From Leucoraja ocellata (Eukaryota), in the NCBI GenBank assembly GCA_036785375.1, contig JAWMAR010000578.1:868001-932000 (forward strand): a stretch of DNA of 64,000 bases, in the 5' to 3' direction. The notes under the pieces are model-generated. The model searched no databases and was not told the origin of the DNA. It saw only the letters and a list, made by a program, of their open reading frames with translations. Shown piece after piece: positions 12,260-23,559 of this stretch. The position numbers and the translations under genes were made by a program. Numbering within the stretch: the stretch's first letter is position 1; the number at the start of each line of letters is the position of its first letter.

Positions 12260-14500
12260 AAATCAAGCAGCCCCTCCCGAGTCACGTGACCGCGGCTTCC
12301 AAACCTGTTCGATACCCGCAGGTGCCGCTACATGCCCCCCCCCCCCTTGCGCTGGCTTAAGGTGGCTCACAGAGACGAACTCCTTGCCACCCATGTCCAA
12401 CGTAAACGTCGAGGCACCAGTCCTCAGCACCCTGTACGGACCCTCGTACACCCGCTGTAACGGCGAGCAGTGAGCATCCCTACAAAGGAAAACATAAGCA
12501 CAATCCCGTAACATAGTAGGTATATGCACCGCAGCCAAACCATGCCGGGAAGTGGGAACCGGGACCAAAGCGTGCGCCCGCTCGCGAAGGTCAGCTAACA
12601 CCGCCGAAGCCGGGATCTCCTGATCCCGGGAGACGGGCAGGAAATCCCCAGGTACTCGCAAAACCGAGCTGTAAACCAACTCGGCAGAGGAGCTGTTGAG
12701 GTCCTCCTTAGGAGTGGTTCTGATGCCTAGGAGGACCCAAGCAACTGGTCGACCCAATTGGGGCCGGTGAGCCAAGCTTTCAACGCCGACTTGAGCCTGT
12801 AGAAACGCTCAACCAAACCGTTGGACTCTGGGTGATACGCGGTGGTCTGGTGCAGCTTCGCGCCATACAGCTGCACCATACCACTCCACAGGGATGACGT
12901 GGCCCCATGATCAGTAGTGATATCAGAGGGAACCTCTAGAATACTCTCTAGAATTTAGGAGATTGAGAGGGGATCTTATAGAAACTTACAAAATTCTTAA
13001 GGGGTTGGACAGGCTAGATGCAGGAAGATTGTTCCCGATGTTAGGGATGTCCAGGACAAGGGGTCACAGCTTAAGGATAAGGGGGAAATGAGATGAGAAT
13101 AACTTTTTTCACACAGAGAGTGGTGAATCTCTGGAACTCTCTGCCACAGAGGGTAGTTGAGGCCAGTTCATTGGCTATATTTAAGAGGGAGTTAGATGTG
13201 GCCCTTGTGGCTAAGGGGATCAGGGGGTATGGAGAGAAGGCAGGTACGGGATACTGAGTTGGATGATCAGCCATGATCATATTGAATGGCGGTGCAGGCT
13301 CGAAGGGCCGAATGGCCTACTCCTGCACCTAATTTCTATGTTTCTAACCCCGAAACGAGCAATCCAATTCGAGACGATGCCCTCGCGCACGCCTCAGCGG
13401 AGGTATCCGTTAACGGTATCGCCTCCGCCCACCTGGTAAACCTGTCCACGATAGTCAGTTGGTGAGTAGCCCCGCGCGAACATGGCAAGGGACCCACCAG
13501 GTCAACATGGATGTGCAGGAATCTGCTGTCCGGGACAGCGAAATCCTGCACATGTCTCTGCACCTTGGAATTCTGGCACGGGATGCAGGAACGGGCCCAT
13601 GCTGCGACCTGCTTTCTCAACCCATGCCAGACGATCTTGGCCGCGACCAAGGCAGAGGTGGCGCAAATGGACGGGTGCATTAGGCTGTGGATAGTCGAAA
13701 ATCATACGCCTCCAAGCAACCGGGACAATGGGACGGGCTTTGCCCGTGGAGATATCGCAAAGGACTCGCACGCCGGCGGCGCTGCAGGGCACCTTAGCCA
13801 GCTTGAGATCTGATTCAGCATTGCTGTAAACCTCCATGCCGGCATCTGTCTGTTGGGCAGCGGTCAGCTCCGCATAATCCACGCCTAAACTTAACGCTGA
13901 AACTGCGGGCGGTGCTGGGCGGGACAGCGCGTCAGCCACAACGTTCAGCTTCCCCGCCACATGCCGAATATCAGATGTGAATGCGGTAATGTAGGCGAGG
14001 TACCGCTGCTGTCTGGCAGACCAGGGATCGGATACCTTGGTCTACGCAACCGTGAGTGGCTTGTGGTCCGTGAATGCGGTGAATGCAAGCCCCTCCAGGA
14101 AATAACGGAAATGGCAGATCGCTAGGTAGAGCGCAATATGTTTCCGGTCGAAAGCGCTATACTTAATTTCGGGGGCTCACAGCTGCCTGCTGAAAAATGC
14201 CAGCAGCACCCAGCAACTACATGTTCGTTGCTCGAGGACGGCGCCTACCGCGACGTCGGAAGCGTCCACGGTGAGGGCCGTTTGGGCGTTCCAGCATAGT
14301 GGCGTTGGCCAATGCAGTCTTAGCCCCCTCGAATGCCTTCTCTGCCTCCTTGGACCAGACCTGGCATACCGGCCAGGCATTGGAACAACGGCCGCAAGAT
14401 GGTGGCTGCTGATGGGACGAATTGGTGGTAGATATTAACCATCCCGATAAACCCCAGCAGGCCCTTGACAGATAGGGGCCTCGGGAAGCGACGGGTAGCA
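12260..14500 (-). mobile_element. Ty3/Gypsy pol remnant (RT end, RNase H, integrase)
   Basis: TALTVDASDVAVGAVLEQ...LAFFSRQL and FTDHKPL (RNase H); GKLNVVADALSR; HIHVDLVGPLP...LTIVDRFTRWAEAIPL (integrase core); PLQRVYEGPYRVL (GPY/F motif); frameshifted. Confidence 0.93.
12935..13345 (+). mobile_element. Young CR1 3' end inserted into the Gypsy integrase
   Basis: Splits WIARFGV/PSDITTDHG, with AACC repeated at both junctions; near-identical to 56976-57348. Confidence 0.9.
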
Positions 14501-14509
14501 TGATAATCA

Positions 14510-15335
14510 TGTTGAGAGGTATAACGGAATCATTTTGAAAGCAGTGAAGCTGGCTTTAAAGTCAAATGACATATCAGATCAGCAGTGGGAATGTGTTCTA
14601 CCAGATGCATTGCACTCTGTAGATTGGTTATTGCATGTGAACCAATCATAGTAGAAATAACATCACTAACTCCACCTTACTGTATGATTCATACTAACAC
14701 CCACTTCCTATACTGGTCAGTCTTGGAAGCAGTAACGATGAACTAACAACTAATAACCTACTGTACCGCTACATTATGGGTACTGATTAAAGACGATCTT
14801 GAACACCAGATTGTACAGTCTGCTTATTTACACATTCCATCAGATCTCTACTGTCAACTGCTACCAATACTACTCCACACGAGCGGTTCTTTAACTTGAA
14901 ACACCGTTCTTCGAGTGGTACTTCTCTGCCATCATGGTTGACCAGCACTGGGCCTGTTGCTTCGTCGATACGTCCGATCAAATAAGAATGAGCCTTTTGT
15001 TGATGAAGTTGAACTGACTGATGTCAACTCTTCTTATGCAACTATCAAGTATCAGGATGGACATCAGTCAAGGGACGACAGATGGCGCAATGGCTAAGTG
15101 TTCGGCTGGCGACCGGAAGGTAGCCGGTTCGAATCCCGCTTGGAGTGCATACTGTCGTTGTGTCCTTGGGGCAAGACACTTCACCCACCTTTGCCTGTGT
15201 GTAAATGTAATGTAATTATGTGAAGCACTTTGGGGTCAATGCAAGTTGACTAAAAATGTGCTATATAAATAAGATTATTATTATTATTATTATTAACTGT
15301 CTCACTTCGTGACCTTGCACCATGTCCGTCTTCTC
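14510..15335 (+). mobile_element. Second Gypsy-type integrase remnant, opposite strand
   Basis: ERYNGIILKAVKLALKS...WECVLPDALHS and HSIRSLLSTATNTTPHERFF...SGTSLPSWLT...VDEVEL...QDGHQS|TVSLRDLAP. Confidence 0.8.
15072..15295 (+). mobile_element. tRNA-derived SINE with CORE-like centre and L2-type tail
   Basis: A box TGGCGCAATGG (15083), B box GGTTCGAATCC (15126), gttgtgtccttggggcaagacacttcaccc, 3' hairpin GTCAA-TGCAAG-TTGAC, (ATT)n tail; interrupts the integrase reading frame. Confidence 0.88.
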
Positions 15336-15679
15336 CATCAGCTCCATCACTCCTTGATAATATAAATCGAGAACTTCCTTCAACACTCCCATCATCCCCT
15401 AGTAAATTACAAGCAGCGTAAAAAATTAATTAACCTCACAACATATATATCCATATATTTACATGTGTATATTTAAAAATATAATTGCCTTCATGGTTTA
15501 TGTACATCCCAGATAGTACAATGAAATTCTTACTTTGCTTCAGCACAACAGAATATAGTAGGCATGAATACAGAACAGATCAGTGGGTCCATATACCATT
15601 ATATAAATATATACACACATGAATAAATAAACAGATAAGGTGCAAATAAACAGATAATGGTCTATTAATGTTCAGAGTT

Positions 15680-16045
15680 TTGTTTCATTTGAGTTTAATA
15701 GCCTGATGGCTGTGGGGAAGCAGCTATTCCTGAACCTGGACGTTGCAGTCTTCAGGCTCCTGTACCTTCTACCTGAAGGTAGCGTGTGGCCAGGATGGTG
15801 TGGTGCCAGCCTTTTTGAGGCAGCAATAGATCTCCTCGATGGTAGGGAGGTCAGAGCCGATGATGGACTGGGCAGTGTTTACTACTTTTTGTAGTCTTTT
15901 GCGCGCCTGGGCGCTCAAGGTGCCAAACCAAGCCTACTCTCTACTGTGCACCTGTAGAAGTTAGAGAGAGTCCTCCTTGACATACCGACTCTCCGTAATC
16001 TCAGGAAGTAGAGGCGATGATGTGCTTTCTTTATAATTGCATCAG
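15680..16045 (-). mobile_element. Rex1-like LINE 3' fragment
   Basis: gggaagcagctattcctgaacctgg...caggctcctgtaccttctacctga...caggaagtagaggcg, the same type of sequence as 5500-5850. Confidence 0.65.
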
Positions 16046-16409
16046 TGTAATCAAAGTTGCTTCTGATCCATGAGACGGAACTTTATCTATTTATCTCTAA
16101 CTTGCCTCTCACACACACAAACACACATTCATATATATAAATATATATATTTACATCTATGTTAAATTTAATTTTGTGCACAGTGTGTGTTAAAACAATA
16201 CAAGGGGAACTGCACAATACAATGCAAGGGAAACTACAAAGGAGGGGGCTGGGGAGGAAGGATGGGAGGGAAATAGGCAGAAACAGGGGGGAAACATTTA
16301 CAATAAAATTAATTAAAATATGCGAAATAATAAATGAGCTATATCACACACTGTTCCCCTACAACACTGATTACACCAAAGATGATGGAGCGGATTACAC
16401 TGCGAGAGG

Positions 16410-16460
16410 CACAACGGAAGTCACGTTTTGCATTGAAAGATGGCGGCCGTGACGCTCCGT
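16410..16460 (+). promoter_or_regulatory. Orphan ETS + YY1 + CRE-half motif cluster
   Basis: CGGAAGT (16415), AAGATGGCGGC (16437), GTGACG (16449); locally CpG-rich. Confidence 0.45.
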
Positions 16461-17074
16461 TACGTACAACACCTCAGTGCGTTGGATTACGTAGGAGTGG
16501 AGTATCTTGCACCGCTCTATCATCTTTGGTTCTTACCTCGGCAATTTTCCAAATAGATTTATGTACTTAACAGCTTGCTCAGAGCTGCGTGCAGTTCTGG
16601 AGCACGTCTTCAGCCAAACCACTGGGATATTCTCGATCCCTAGATCCTATACCGAATACAATTTATCCAGTCTTGGCATCATATGCTGTGAAACAAATTC
16701 ACTGAAAACTGCCCTTTCTGATGGTGGAGACCTCAATAATAGGAAATGGTGATCCACTTGACATTTCTGTCTGAAAAAGGTTGCATAGGCTCCCCCTCTA
16801 TAAGAAGTCAAAAGCAAAATACTGCATATGCTGGGATTGTGAAATAAAATATAATTATATACCGGAAACGCTGAACAGTTCAGACAACTGCTGATATCTG
16901 AAGAAAAAGAAAGATAACTGCTTCTCTCTCACAGGCGCTGACCTTTCGAGTATTTCCAGATTTTAATTCTCACTTCAAAGAACTGTCTTTCTGCTTTATA
17001 TTGTTTTTATTTGCAGCTGAAGTAAAAGCTCCCTCTGCTGGTCTCGACAATTGCCCGCACTCCAGCAGCAGCAG

Positions 17075-17175
17075 CAGCCCCCACATGGCGGCGGCGGCAC
17101 GGTCCGGCCAATCACGTGCACATCCCTTCTGGCGCCGTTCTCTCACCCGGAAGTGCTGTGCTCACCCGGAAGCGA
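17075..17175 (+). promoter_or_regulatory. NUDT21 core promoter
   Basis: YY1-like ACATGGCGGC (17083), CCAAT (17108), E-box CACGTG (17113), tandem CCGGAAG ETS/GABP sites (17147, 17166), 130-230 bp upstream of the ATG. Confidence 0.75.
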
Positions 17176-17303
17176 ATCTCTTCGGTTAAAGCGCCAAGAC
17201 AGGTTCATTCGTAGATTCGAGTTCTTAGCGTTGTAGACTTTTGTCTGTTCCCGTGGCTTCGCCGTGTCCTAGAGTCTACTCCCGCAGACGGAGATCTGCT
17301 GCC

Positions 17304-17416
17304 ATGTCTGTGGTTCCACCGAGCCGCTCGCAGGCTGGCTGGCCTCGAGGTGTCTCTCAGTATGGGAACAAATATCTGCAGGCCAAGCCCCTGACCCTGG
17401 AAAGGACCATTAACCT
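17304..17416 (+). CDS. NUDT21: NUDT21 (CPSF5/CFIm25) exon 1
   Basis: gccATG; [37 protein letters not shown](L); donor GTGAGT, phase 2. Confidence 0.96.
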
Positions 17417-20117
17417 GTGAGTAACCGTAGTGGATGGTAATAGGTGGTCTGTATCTCGCTAAGAACCGCCAAGCTTCCAAACGCCCTTCTGTGTGACAGG
17501 ACTCGTGTAGCAAGCAGTAACTGACTGTTCCTAACATTGAACAGTAATGTGTCGTCTGGGGTCCATTGTGTGGTGTGTAGTTTGGGTGATGTTCAAATTA
17601 TTTATTCACCGTCGGCTGCACCACCCTCTGTGTATTTCAAGTGTTGGTACCTGCAAATGTAGTCCCTGATCTGAAGAATTTGCCGACGGTTGGTTGAATG
17701 TAAAACTGTTATCTTTTGTAGTTTGGAGGGGGCTTAATATTACTTGCGGACTTGTCGATACGATGTGTTTATAAATCTATAGTTTTTTTAAAACTTTAAT
17801 GCTTTGTTCAATTCTACTGTGCTATTTAACATAATCATTAGCCTGGGTGCATGTCTTTTGGCTCACGATGTCTATGCTGAACACATCAAATTAAACCAAA
17901 TCCTTCTGCCTTTGCACGATCCCCAGTCCCTTCATTCCTTGCAAATTCATTCATATATGTTTCAATTTTGTCTTTGCAAAAAAAAAAAAAAAAAAAACTT
18001 GGTTTGCAATCTTTAAATTTCCCCTCTTACCTTAAAGCCATGCCCTCAAGTATTTGACATTTCCACCCTGGGGGAAAACAATTCTGACTGTCTATCCTAT
18101 CCATACTTCTCAATTTTATAAACTTCTGAAATTGCTTTAGTATGGTTAGTAATCCAAGTCCGCTGGAGTAATGAACCAGGCATCAGTTCAAATTGAACTA
18201 CATTGGGCACAAATGTTTTATCTTTATTAATTTAATTAATCTTGATAGATGACTGATGTTTTGACTAGTCTCCTATGTAAGTGGACTCCAGGATCCTTAT
18301 AATACAGTTGATTCACTGATCCAGCAAGCCACTTCGTTCAAGAGCAATTAGAAATGGGCATTAAATACTAGCCTTTCCAGTATGCAATATCTGTGAATGT
18401 TCTTTATGCTTCTCTGTTCAGGATATAAAGGATGTTGTATGTAATTGAAAATATTAATACTCTAAATCTAGTTTTAGAAGCCTTTTTAAGTACTAAATTG
18501 TGTTTAATGTTGACATCCCTTTTATACAACACATGGGCTGTGTTATTCTCATTTATCTCTTAACTCATTAGAGTGACAATTCCATGATAGTACCTGGTCC
18601 CTATTCCTTGTTTAATTGCCCATTTTTGATGGTATTCCACAACTGATAGTGTTACCTTGCATTTAGTGCAATATCTACAACCTTGATATCTTGCTATTAA
18701 TTGTGAGTGAAACGTTATGGTTTTTTCCTTCCTCCCTAATTCTGCAAATACAAAGTATTTCATTGCTAAACTATTGAAGAAAAACATTCAGCTCTATTGC
18801 ATGCACTTCTAGTCTTTTTGAAATACACCTGCTGCTTGGCTGTGTTAGGAGAATAGGGTATTTGAGAACAACAAGATAAGATAATCTGCAGTTTTGACAA
18901 ATATAATTGATTTCATTTGGGAGATGTAAGCAGCCTCGATGGTTAAATCACTTTTGGTTCTCATGTGAGGCATGGTCATTTATGTGGGGTGCTGGTAAAT
19001 GACCATGGATTAACTGATTTATCTGTGCTGTTGAGAAAGGAGTACAAACAATTTGTTCATATTGATATGTAATGGTTCAGACATTCTTTTGTCTCTTAGG
19101 ATTATTGCCTTACATTTTAAGTTTTAACTGACAATGTAGCAGAAGACAATGCTGAATTGTGAACACTATTAGTGGGCTTCTCGTGGGATTAGACATTTCT
19201 TCTGTTATCTCTTTTATGAGCTATTCAATTTGTCCTGCAAATATATCCTCCTTGAATTTGCTTCTCTCTTGTTTCTATACTTTAAAAAAAATATTGTGCT
19301 TATTCGCATCTTTATTTTAAACCTGTGCTCTCGGATTACTGCTAAAAGGTGCTCTATATTTCTGCTGAAATCCACCAGACCTGTTTAATACCTTTGTGAA
19401 ATCTTTCAATAAATCCTTTTATCTGAATGTAGCCTTGTTTTCGCTTGGCATAACTGGGAAACCACTAGTATTCTGAATTAATATTCTCTGCATTTCTAGA
19501 ATGTTTTTCCTTTGAAGTGTTTAGTGTGGTTCCTGAAATCCTTTGAAAGTATGCAAGTTGAGCAAAGTAAAAGAACTGCATGACTTCCAAAGTGCAACAT
19601 TGAAACAACTGTTAATCTCTTTATTTCTCTACATTTTACATCTTATATAAACATTTGGGGGCTCAAGAGACTGCAGCTGCTGGAATCTGTAGCAAAATAA
19701 AGGGAGCTGCTGGAACAATTCAACAGCAACTGTGGTGGGAATTGGATAGTTGATGTTTCGGGCCAAGCCGCTTCACCTAGACTTTAAATGAAGGATATCA
19801 ATCCAAAATTCAGCTGTCCACTCTTCTCTCCACTGATACTACCTGACTTACTGAATTCTTCCAGCAGCTCTTGATTTTTGTGATAAACATTTACTGTTTT
19901 GGGTAATAATGAAACAAAAAAAAGGGTTTAATCTTTTTAAATGAGTTTTGATCAGTGGAAAGGCAAATAGAATTAATGTGGCTTTTCACCTAACACTGTT
20001 TCAATGTGAAAATTGAAAAGTAACAGCATTCTAGAAATGTGGCTTCTCACTAATTGACAGCAATCTCTCTACCGTCTAGCTTGATTTACCCTTATCCTAG
20101 AACCCTAAGTATGTTAG

Positions 20118-20378
<261 letters not shown>

Positions 20379-20649
20379 TGAGTCCATATGTCAATGAGAT
20401 CAATAACATCTAAAAGGTTGGGAGTATGAATCAAGTCCTTGAGAAACATTTTAAGTACATTTGGTGGCTGATCAGTGGTGTGTACTGGAGTTGGTGTATC
20501 TTTTGGTGTCCATCAATCTTACTAATGTCATGTTTCAGATGGTGACTGTAGCCAAATGTTGTAAACGTTTTCCATATGATGGACATGAGATGGTTAGACA
20601 CAAAAAGGCATTGATCATTTTCTATGAATATGTATGAATAGTGTGCAGC

Positions 20650-21370
20650 TAGTAGGTCTTAAATTCCATGTGGTCCATCATGTCTACTCCACTATTCAGT
20701 CATGGCTGATCTATCTTTCCTTCTCAACCCCATTCTCTTGCCTTCTCGCCTTAACCCCTGACACTTGTACTAATCAAGAATCTGTCAATCTCTGCCTTAA
20801 ACATATCCATTGTCTTTGTCTCCACAGCCGTCTGTGGCAATGAATTCCAAAGATTCGCTACCCTGTGACAAAAGAAAATTCATCATCTCTCTTTATTCTG
20901 AGGCTATTGCCTCTGGACCCGTACTCTCCCTCTAGTGGAAGCATCCTCTTCACTCTATCCAAGCCTTTCACTGTTTAGTAAGTTTCAATTTAGTCCCCCC
21001 CCAATCCTTTTAAACTCCAGTGGTTAGAGGCCCAGTGCCATTAAATGCTCATCATATGTTGACCTAATCATTCCTGGGATCATTCTAATAAACCTCATCT
21101 GGACCCTTTCCAAAGCCAGCACATCCTTCAGATATGGACCCAAAACTGCTCACAATTCACCAAATGCAGTCCGACTAGTGCATTTATAATGCCTCAGTAT
21201 TACACCCCTGTTTTTATATTCTAGTCCTCTCTAAAATTAATGCTAGCGTTGCATTTGCCGTCATTACTACCGATTCAACTTGCAAATGAATGTTTTGGGG
21301 CATCCTGTACCAGCACTCCCCAATTGCTTTGCCCCTCCAATTTCTCAATTCTCTCGCCATAATAGAAAAT
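20650..21370 (-). mobile_element. CR1 LINE 3' fragment in NUDT21 intron 2
   Basis: Same sequence type as 1-250 and 46615-46960 (RT C-terminus and 3' UTR). Confidence 0.8.
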
Positions 21371-22659
21371 AGTCATTTTATAAATAAGGGGTTCAGGATG
21401 ACTTGCTTTCACATCTCTATTCACTGGGGACATGTCAAAAACATCAAACTGTTTTAGTTGAGGACATTGACTTGAAGTCATAGTTTAACCTATATTTTCA
21501 TTTTAAACTGCATTTTTGGAGAATATTGGAAAATGAATTTTGTGGGCAGATCATATGTTTTCTAAGGTACTTTCAGTGTATTGAATTCAACAGTACTGGA
21601 GGAACTCAATCGGTCACGCAGCATCTGTGGAGGGAATGGAGCAGTCTGAAGAAGGGTCCCAACTCAAAACATCATCTGTCAATTCCCTCCATAGATGCTG
21701 CCTAACCTTTTGAGTTCCTCCAACGCTCCAGGTTCTAGTAACTGCAATTTCTTGTCACGTTTGAATTCAATACACTTTGGTTCACAGGATAAACTTGGTC
21801 TGGGGATGTCTAGTGAGAAAATGTAGATAGGTATTCCCTGCAGTAGAAGATTTGCTATATAGTGTTTAATTGAGAGGATATAGACTGATCTAAACTCACC
21901 AATCTGTTTCAGAATACTTCAATGCTATGAAACAGATCTCATGTAATTTATTTCATCTTGGTGTGCTTCCTGTCCCAAAACCATTGACTTCCAATCCAGT
22001 GCTGTTAACAGATGTATCAGTGTATACCAATGTAACTGGTGCAATGGTTACAGAGCAGACTATTTCTGAACACTAGTCTTCTTAACAACAGAATACAAAT
22101 CTTGTGTGCTTAATATACATGGTATTGGCAGCAGTTGTTAGTTAATGATTGAGAGCCCTATCTATCTCCACAGCCAAGAGCTAATGAGAATAATTTTAAT
22201 AACTGACTGTGATGGACACAGCTAGATTTGGTGTTTGTGAACAAAGTGTTAATGATCTATGCAGTGAACTGGACATGAGGGGTGTGGCAAAAATGAATGT
22301 TCATGCCCTTTTCCCTAGGATAGAAGATTCTAAAACTAGTGGGCGTTGGCTTAAGATGAGGGAAAAGATTTCGGAAGGACCCCAGGCAATTGAGGTAGTC
22401 TGCATCTGAAATGAACTGCCAAAGGAAGCAATAGAGGCAGATAAAAATGCCTTGTAAAAGGCATTTCAAAAGATGTATGGATAGGAAACATATAGCGAGC
22501 TAAGGGCCAATTGTAGGCAAATCAGATTTGCCCAGTATGCCAGCTTGGGTAAGGTAGGCTGAAGGGTCTGTTTTTGTGATTCTGAGCTCTAACATGTTTA
22601 GATGTGATCTAGAGTGCATTTTTTTTTTTTTTGCATTGTAACAGTTTTTGCTATGTTAA

Positions 22660-22767
<108 letters not shown>

Positions 22768-23203
22768 TAAAAGATCAGCTGGTTTGATTCTGGTTTGGAT
22801 GTCATTTTTTTACTAGCAGGCCTGATTTGAATCTTGCAAATTTTCTGAGGGTTGATGCAAGTATGGAAAGACTAGTGGAATCATAAAGATCATTTAGGTT
22901 TCCACAAACTGCAATCCTACTTCTCGTCTCTTCATCTAGTCTCAGCAATTTTGCTTTTCTTGCCTTTCAGGAAATTCCTTGTGATTTGTGCTCCATTTAC
23001 CATTATGTTTCCACTGATTTCCCCACCTTTTAAATAAGCTGTCAAAGTATCAGCCAAATAAGGTGTAGGGGGGGCGGGGTGTGATAACAACCTGATTAAA
23101 GCCAGCACCTATCAGACAAGCCCCAAGGGTTTGATGGTCCTTACCCCCAAGACGGAGAAGTTCACATCTGTTTGATGTTGAAGACGAACTGATACAACTG
23201 TAA

Positions 23204-23371
<168 letters not shown>

Positions 23372-23559
23372 TGATAACTATAAGTTCTTGAAACATGGTT
23401 GATGCTTTATAGAAAGATTAGATCTAGTTCAATGCTAAACACAATGTAAAGAACAGTGCTTCCGAAGGTTTGCGACTGTCTCGCTGTTCCCGAGTGCTAT
23501 TTATTATTAAAACTTAAAGAAAATGGCTTCACTTAGAGTTGTATAACACAAATATGTAA

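Noticed and set aside
15072-15145. tRNA gene
   Set aside because: A and B boxes are present but there is no complete cloverleaf, and it continues into a SINE body and tail.
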